64,000 bases of DNA from a bacterium (lineage in GTDB: Bacteria > Zhuqueibacterota > Zhuqueibacteria > Residuimicrobiales > Krinioviventaceae). The DNA lies in NCBI GenBank assembly GCA_963693055.1, contig OY843751.1, positions 3,008,001-3,072,000 of the forward strand. Reading direction: 5' to 3'. Below, piece after piece: positions 59,389-64,000 of the stretch; positions within the stretch are counted from its first letter, which is position 1, and every line of letters starts with the position of its first letter. The notes under the pieces were generated by a model that saw only the letters and a list, made by a program, of their open reading frames with translations, searched no databases and had not been told where the DNA came from. The translations under genes were made by a program, and so were the position numbers.

Positions 59389-60489
59389 TTAGAATACAAA
59401 TGATAATGAAAAACGCATTGTATTAGAAAGTGGGTGCCCCTCACTTGCAGCTACATAACCAAAATCAAAACGATACATGTTGTACTGAATACCAGCACCA
59501 AAAGAGGTGAATTTTACTTTACCGGGTTCATCCCAATAGTAACCGGCACGTAAAGCAATCAGATCGCCATACCAGTACTCAAGTCCTGTACTCAAGATTC
59601 CATTAAAAATGGTGGTTTCGCCAACAAGCTCTTCCTTTTCATCATCACCCAGGTTTTCATATTCTTTTTCAACAACGGTCCAGGGAGAAGTAAATAATGC
59701 TTTATACCAGGCATCAGATGTACCATCAGCATTACGCTTAACCATCATGTGGTTCATATCACCAACCCAAGTCAATTTATTAAATTCATCATCAATGAAT
59801 TTGTAGGCAAAACCGACTTTTAAATTGGTTGGCAATGGATCAGCCTGGGCTGCATCAATATAGGTAATTTTGGGACCCATATTGGAAAGATTAGCACCAA
59901 AGCTCAATTTACGATGGAATGGTATTTTATAAATGGTTGATAAATCAAATGAAAAAGCATTTGCTTTACCATCGCCCTGTTCTGCACCAGCGCCAACACT
60001 GGAAAGATTTGAGCGAATGTAACGTAAACCAACGCCTACTGCCCAATCCTGGTTCAACTTTGTACCATAAGTAGTAGAAATTGCAAACTCGTAACTGCTA
60101 AATGTACCCAAAGGATCCGGCCCCGATTCATCAGTTATGGTTTGTTCACCAAGATTCAGATAAGTCAAATTAACACCAAAACTACCCAAACCCTCAACAG
60201 ATTGACGGTAAGCAGCAAAGTCGTAGTAAAGATCGGAACCAAATTGCGGCAGCCAATTGGCATGCATCAAGGTTAATTCACGTCCTTCAAGAAATCCCAA
60301 TCCCGCAGGGTTCCAGAATACTGCTGTTGCATCATCCGCTAATGCAACAAAGGCTTCACCCATACCAGCAGCTCTGGCTCCGGGAGAAATCTGCAAAAAC
60401 AACACTGCGGCTTCACTCACAGCATAAACCTGGCTGGCAGAAAACAGCACTGTTGAGATTGTAATCAAAGATAAAATCAGCTTTTTCAT
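59389..60489 (-). CDS. porV: PorV/PorQ-family outer membrane barrel (T9SS shuttle-like)
   Basis: AVLFLQISPGARAAGMGEA, AVFWNPAGL, HANWL, NMGPKI.Y, LPTNLK.G, HPLSNTMRFSL. Confidence 0.85.
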   Translation of the reverse strand: MKKLILSLITISTVLFSASQVYAVSEAAVLFLQISPGARAAGMGEAFVALADDATAVFWNPAGLGFLEGRELTLMHANWLPQFGSDLYYDFAAYRQSVEGLGSFGVNLTYLNLGEQTITDESGPDPLGTFSSYEFAISTTYGTKLNQDWAVGVGLRYIRSNLSSVGAGAEQGDGKANAFSFDLSTIYKIPFHRKLSFGANLSNMGPKITYIDAAQADPLPTNLKVGFAYKFIDDEFNKLTWVGDMNHMMVKRNADGTSDAWYKALFTSPWTVVEKEYENLGDDEKEELVGETTIFNGILSTGLEYWYGDLIALRAGYYWDEPGKVKFTSFGAGIQYNMYRFDFGYVAASEGHPLSNTMRFSLSFVF

Positions 60490-60517
60490 CAGAGTATACC
60501 TCCTGTTATCACATAGT

Positions 60518-60702
60518 AAAAAAAAATCCGAACCTAAAAGAGTTGCTCCCTAAAGAAGTTACCCTTTTACATTCGGATAATATATTCCATGGGCAAGCTT
60601 CATAGTTCGCAAACAGGTTTAAATAATAAAGAATTAAAGTTATTTCAAATACCAATCAGTTAATTTAATTAAACCTATAACGAACTTTAATAAGCTTACT
60701 CC
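60518..60702 (-). ncRNA. Putative structured leader or ncRNA upstream of porV (two long hairpins, second followed by a U-tract)
   Basis: Imperfect inverted repeats at 60591-60702 and 60526-60578; several mismatches become G-U pairs only on the minus strand. Confidence 0.5.
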
Positions 60703-60724
60703 TTGTTTGTGATTAAATCTAATA

Positions 60725-60753
60725 AAATTACGAATATAAAGCTATAGAGTCAA
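60725..60753 (-). promoter_or_regulatory. sigma70-like promoter for the porV leader
   Basis: TTGACT-N17-TAATTT on the minus strand. Confidence 0.6.
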
Positions 60754-60813
60754 GCAGTTTTTGTTTAAATTAAAACTGATAATCTCTGTGCCTTTCGTAA
60801 TTTAACAAATTAC

Positions 60814-62163
60814 TTACTGAAAAAGTTCCTCAATTGCGGAACAAAATTCATCCATTTCCTGTTTTGTGCGTTTTTCTGTAACTGCTATCAGTAAGGTATT
60901 ATCCATATTATCAAAATACGGTTTTAACTCAATACCTGCCAGAAATCCTTTATTACTCAACAACTCAATATACTCACTAACAGGTTTATTCGAGTTGATG
61001 CGTATCACAAATTCCTTAAAAAATGGACGATCAAAAACAGGTTCAATTCCAGGAATTGCGCACAATTTATCAAACAGATAATGGCTTTTTTGCAAACACA
61101 AATCAGCGATTTTTGGTAATCCATTTTTACCCATCAAAGCCATATATATTGTTGCAGCCAAAGCTACCAAGCCTTGATTGGTACAAATATTCGATGTTGC
61201 CTTTTCTCGTCGAATATGCTGTTCACGAGTTTGCAATGTTAAAACAAATCCGCTCTTGTTATTTTTATCAACGGTTTTCCCTACAATACGTCCGGGCATC
61301 AACCTAACAAGATTTTGTTTTGCGGCAAAAAGTCCCAAATATGGACCGCCAAAATTCAAGGCATTACCTAATGCCTGTCCTTCTCCAGTAGCAATATCCG
61401 CACCATAACTTGCAGGTGGCTCAAGAATTGCAAGAGAAATAGGATCATTGGAAGTCACAAAAAGTGCTCCTGCCTGATGTGTAATATCTGACAATTCCTG
61501 CATTTCTTCAAGGCTACCAAAAAAGTTGGGGTGTTGTACAATAACTGCTGCAACCTGATCATTAATCTGGTTTTTCAATGCAGATATATCAGTTATTCCG
61601 TTTTCTACAGGAACAAGAATAACATTTATCTCTCTTCCATGAGCATAAGTTTTAATAATATCTACATAATTGGGATTTAATGCACCCGATAACAAAACTG
61701 TATTTCGTTTCGTATAACCTGTTGAAAGCAGCATTGCTTCTGCCAAAGCTGATCCACCATCATATACAGATGCATTTGCTACATCCATACCGGTCAATTC
61801 ACATATCATGGTTTGGAATTCATATATTGTTTGTAACGTTCCCTGGCTTACTTCGGGTTGATACGGAGTATATGCGGTATAAAATTCCGAACGTGACAAG
61901 AGATGTTTTACAACAGAAGGAACATAATGATCATATGCACCTCCACCTAAAAAGCAAACATTTTCAAGACAATTACTATTTTTAGCTGACAGCTCAGACA
62001 TATGCTTCATAATCTGAAATTCTGATAAAGCTTCAGGTAATTTCAGTTCTCCTTTGAACTGCAACGCTTGTGGTATATTGTCTATTAATTCCGAAAAAGA
62101 GTCAACACCAATGCTATCAAGCATTTCCTTTTTATCTGATTTCGTATTCGGAATAAAACCCAT
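60814..62163 (-). CDS. gcvPA: Glycine dehydrogenase (decarboxylating) subunit 1
   Basis: FLGGGAYDH, EFYTAYTPYQPEVSQG, REQHIRREKATSNICTN. Confidence 0.95.
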   Translation of the reverse strand: MGFIPNTKSDKKEMLDSIGVDSFSELIDNIPQALQFKGELKLPEALSEFQIMKHMSELSAKNSNCLENVCFLGGGAYDHYVPSVVKHLLSRSEFYTAYTPYQPEVSQGTLQTIYEFQTMICELTGMDVANASVYDGGSALAEAMLLSTGYTKRNTVLLSGALNPNYVDIIKTYAHGREINVILVPVENGITDISALKNQINDQVAAVIVQHPNFFGSLEEMQELSDITHQAGALFVTSNDPISLAILEPPASYGADIATGEGQALGNALNFGGPYLGLFAAKQNLVRLMPGRIVGKTVDKNNKSGFVLTLQTREQHIRREKATSNICTNQGLVALAATIYMALMGKNGLPKIADLCLQKSHYLFDKLCAIPGIEPVFDRPFFKEFVIRINSNKPVSEYIELLSNKGFLAGIELKPYFDNMDNTLLIAVTEKRTKQEMDEFCSAIEELFQ

Positions 62164-62177
62164 AAGAAGCCTCAAAT

Positions 62178-62555
62178 TTAACTTATAACGTTTTTATAAT
62201 CATCTGCACTTAACAGACTGTCTAATTGACTGGCATCAGACAGTTCAATTTTAATCATCCAACCTTCGCCATAAGGATCTTTATTTACAGTTTCAGGTGC
62301 GTCTGTTAAAACATCATTAACCTCTTTAACCTTGCCAGAAAGGGGTGCAAAAAGATCAGAAACTGCTTTAACAGCCTCTACGGTACCAAAAGCATCCATT
62401 TGATTAACTTCTGTACCTACTTCAGGCAACTCTACAAAAACCAGGTCACCCAATTCACCCTGTGCATAATCAGTAATACCTACAGTAGCAATATTGCCGT
62501 CTACTGATACCCATTCATGTTCTTCAGTGTACTTAAATTCAGCCGGAATCTGCAT
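62178..62555 (-). CDS. gcvH: Glycine cleavage system H protein
   Basis: [17 protein letters not shown] (lipoyl Lys), DPYGEGW. Confidence 0.96.
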   Translation of the reverse strand: MQIPAEFKYTEEHEWVSVDGNIATVGITDYAQGELGDLVFVELPEVGTEVNQMDAFGTVEAVKAVSDLFAPLSGKVKEVNDVLTDAPETVNKDPYGEGWMIKIELSDASQLDSLLSADDYKNVIS

Positions 62556-62565
62556 TTTGGCCTCC

Positions 62566-63906
62566 CTAAAATTTAAATGTTTCTAAAAATTTAGTATTAA
62601 AATTCCCACTACGAAAGTCTTTATCCATGAGAATTTTTTTATGTATAGGAATAGTAGTAGCTACACCTTCAATAATAAACTCGTCCAATGCTCTAAGCAT
62701 TCGAACTATTGCTTCTTCCCTGTCTTTTCCATGTGTAATTAATTTTGCCAAGAGAGAATCATAATAGGGTGGAATCTTGTATTGATCATATGCATGAGAA
62801 TCCACACGTACTCCATGACCTCCGGGAACATGAAAATTGGTTATAACTCCAGGTGAAGGACGAAAATCCTTAAAAGGATCTTCAGCATTTATCCGGCATT
62901 CAATAGCATGACCACGAAGCTTGTATGATTTCATGCGTTCATCCAGCTTTTCTCCAGCAGCAACCTTGATTTGTTCTTTAATCAAATCAATATCGTTAAC
63001 TTCTTCTGAAACCGGATGTTCAACTTGAATACGGGTATTCATTTCCATAAAATAAAAATTACCTTCATCGTCCATCAAAAACTCGATGGTACCGGCACTA
63101 TTATAATTCACTTCACTCGCACCCTTGGAAGCTGCCAAATTCATAGCATCACGAGTCTTTTGAGTTACTGCCGGTGAAGGTGATTCTTCAATCAATTTCT
63201 GATGTTTGCGCTGTATAGAACATTCACGTTCGCCCAGAGATATCACATTTCCAAAATTGTCACCAATAAGCTGGATCTCGATATGTCTGGGACTTTCAAA
63301 AAACTTTTCTATATATAAAGCAGGGTTATTAAAAGCAGAATTCGCCTCTGCACCGGCAGAACTAAATGCATTGCTCAAGTCTTCTTTTTTTCGAACAACT
63401 CTCATTCCTCTGCCACCGCCGCCGGCAGATGCTTTAACTATGATGGGGTAACCAATTTCTTCGGCAATTTTATACGCTTCATCGATGGTTTTAACAATAC
63501 CATCAGAACCTGGTATTACAGGAACACCTGCTTTTTTCATTGTATCTTTAGCAAAGGCCTTGTCTCCCATACGTGTAATCACCAAAGGATCGGGGCCAAT
63601 AAATTTTATGTTACAACTCTCACAGATTTCAGCAAAATGCGCACTTTCTGCTAAAAAACCATACCCCGGATGAATTGAATCCGCATTGGTTATTTCAGCA
63701 GCGCTGATAATTTGTGGAATATTTAAATAGCTTAAATGACTGGGACCAGGGCCAATACAAACAGCTTCATCTGCAAAATTCACATGAAGGCTGTCAGCGT
63801 CGGCTTCACTATAAACAGCAACAGATTGAATTCCTAGCTCTTTACAGGCTCTTATTATCCGTAATGCAATTTCGCCACGATTTGCAATGAGTATTTTTTT
63901 AAACAA
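62566..63906 (-). CDS. accC: Acetyl-CoA carboxylase biotin carboxylase
   Basis: [45 protein letters not shown]. Confidence 0.96.
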   Translation of the reverse strand: MFKKILIANRGEIALRIIRACKELGIQSVAVYSEADADSLHVNFADEAVCIGPGPSHLSYLNIPQIISAAEITNADSIHPGYGFLAESAHFAEICESCNIKFIGPDPLVITRMGDKAFAKDTMKKAGVPVIPGSDGIVKTIDEAYKIAEEIGYPIIVKASAGGGGRGMRVVRKKEDLSNAFSSAGAEANSAFNNPALYIEKFFESPRHIEIQLIGDNFGNVISLGERECSIQRKHQKLIEESPSPAVTQKTRDAMNLAASKGASEVNYNSAGTIEFLMDDEGNFYFMEMNTRIQVEHPVSEEVNDIDLIKEQIKVAAGEKLDERMKSYKLRGHAIECRINAEDPFKDFRPSPGVITNFHVPGGHGVRVDSHAYDQYKIPPYYDSLLAKLITHGKDREEAIVRMLRALDEFIIEGVATTIPIHKKILMDKDFRSGNFNTKFLETFKF

Positions 63907-63934
63907 CGAGCTAACTCTCTTTAAATTATTGATT

Positions 63935-64000
63935 TCATGAAGGTTCTACAAGAAATAAAGGTTGATTATATTCAACCGGCTGAGCATTTTCAACCAAAAT
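63935..64000 (-). CDS. accB: Biotin carboxyl carrier protein, C-terminal end (partial)
   Basis: Manual translation [21 protein letters not shown], typical BCCP C-terminus directly upstream of accC. Confidence 0.85.
   Translation of the reverse strand: MLVENAQPVEYNQPLFLVEPS

Noticed and set aside
60590-60620. GCAAAC on the plus strand resembling a c-di-GMP-I riboswitch start
   Set aside because: Wrong strand for porV, and it lacks the GAAA tetraloop/receptor and GACGCAAAG core.
1469-63673. Many 60-180 aa ORFs in the track that overlap long genes (e.g. 9369-9821, 27770-28210, 57952-58500)
   Set aside because: They are antisense or off-frame shadows of well-supported CDSs, with no recognisable motifs.

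Overview
AT-rich, gene-dense bacterial chromosome segment. I found no rRNA, tRNA, CRISPR array or mobile element. Gene content (PorV, a C-terminal T9SS/FlgD-Ig sorting domain, alpha-2-macroglobulin, TonB system) combined with canonical TTGnnn-N17-TAnnnT promoters and GGAG Shine-Dalgarno sites suggests an FCB-related diderm outside Bacteroidia (KSB1/Calditrichota/Ignavibacteria-like; inference). In order: partial L-serine dehydratase; polyamine operon (pyruvoyl arginine decarboxylase, deoxyhypusine-synthase-like, agmatinase); OmpA with TSP3 repeats; PSRP; 2-hydroxyacid dehydrogenase and queH; Cys-rich leader plus cusCBA-type efflux; TPR/CsgG-barrel-lipoprotein operon; Pmp3; A2M-pbpC; DUF502; MotB-like; a long minus-strand run (FAH, nitrilase, Wzx, methyltransferase, dinB, TPR, TtcA-like, C5-epimerase, GT4, M23, 80-aa ORF); FAD oxidoreductase; SOD; TPR-receptor-exbB-exbD-tonB; a porV-led envelope locus ending in amj; gcvPA, gcvH, accC and partial accB. 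The best leads are (i) the porV locus, with an unrecognised structured leader RNA, an M6 protease homolog lacking its zinc ligands, a gluzincin-PD40-Omp85 fusion, two paralogous membrane proteins and Amj; (ii) a Cys-rich upstream ORF plus terminator hairpin that could attenuate the copper efflux operon; (iii) the giant-TPR/short-plug TonB module; (iv) an 80-aa protein ending in a clamp-binding-like motif. All family calls are from motif recognition, not database searches.
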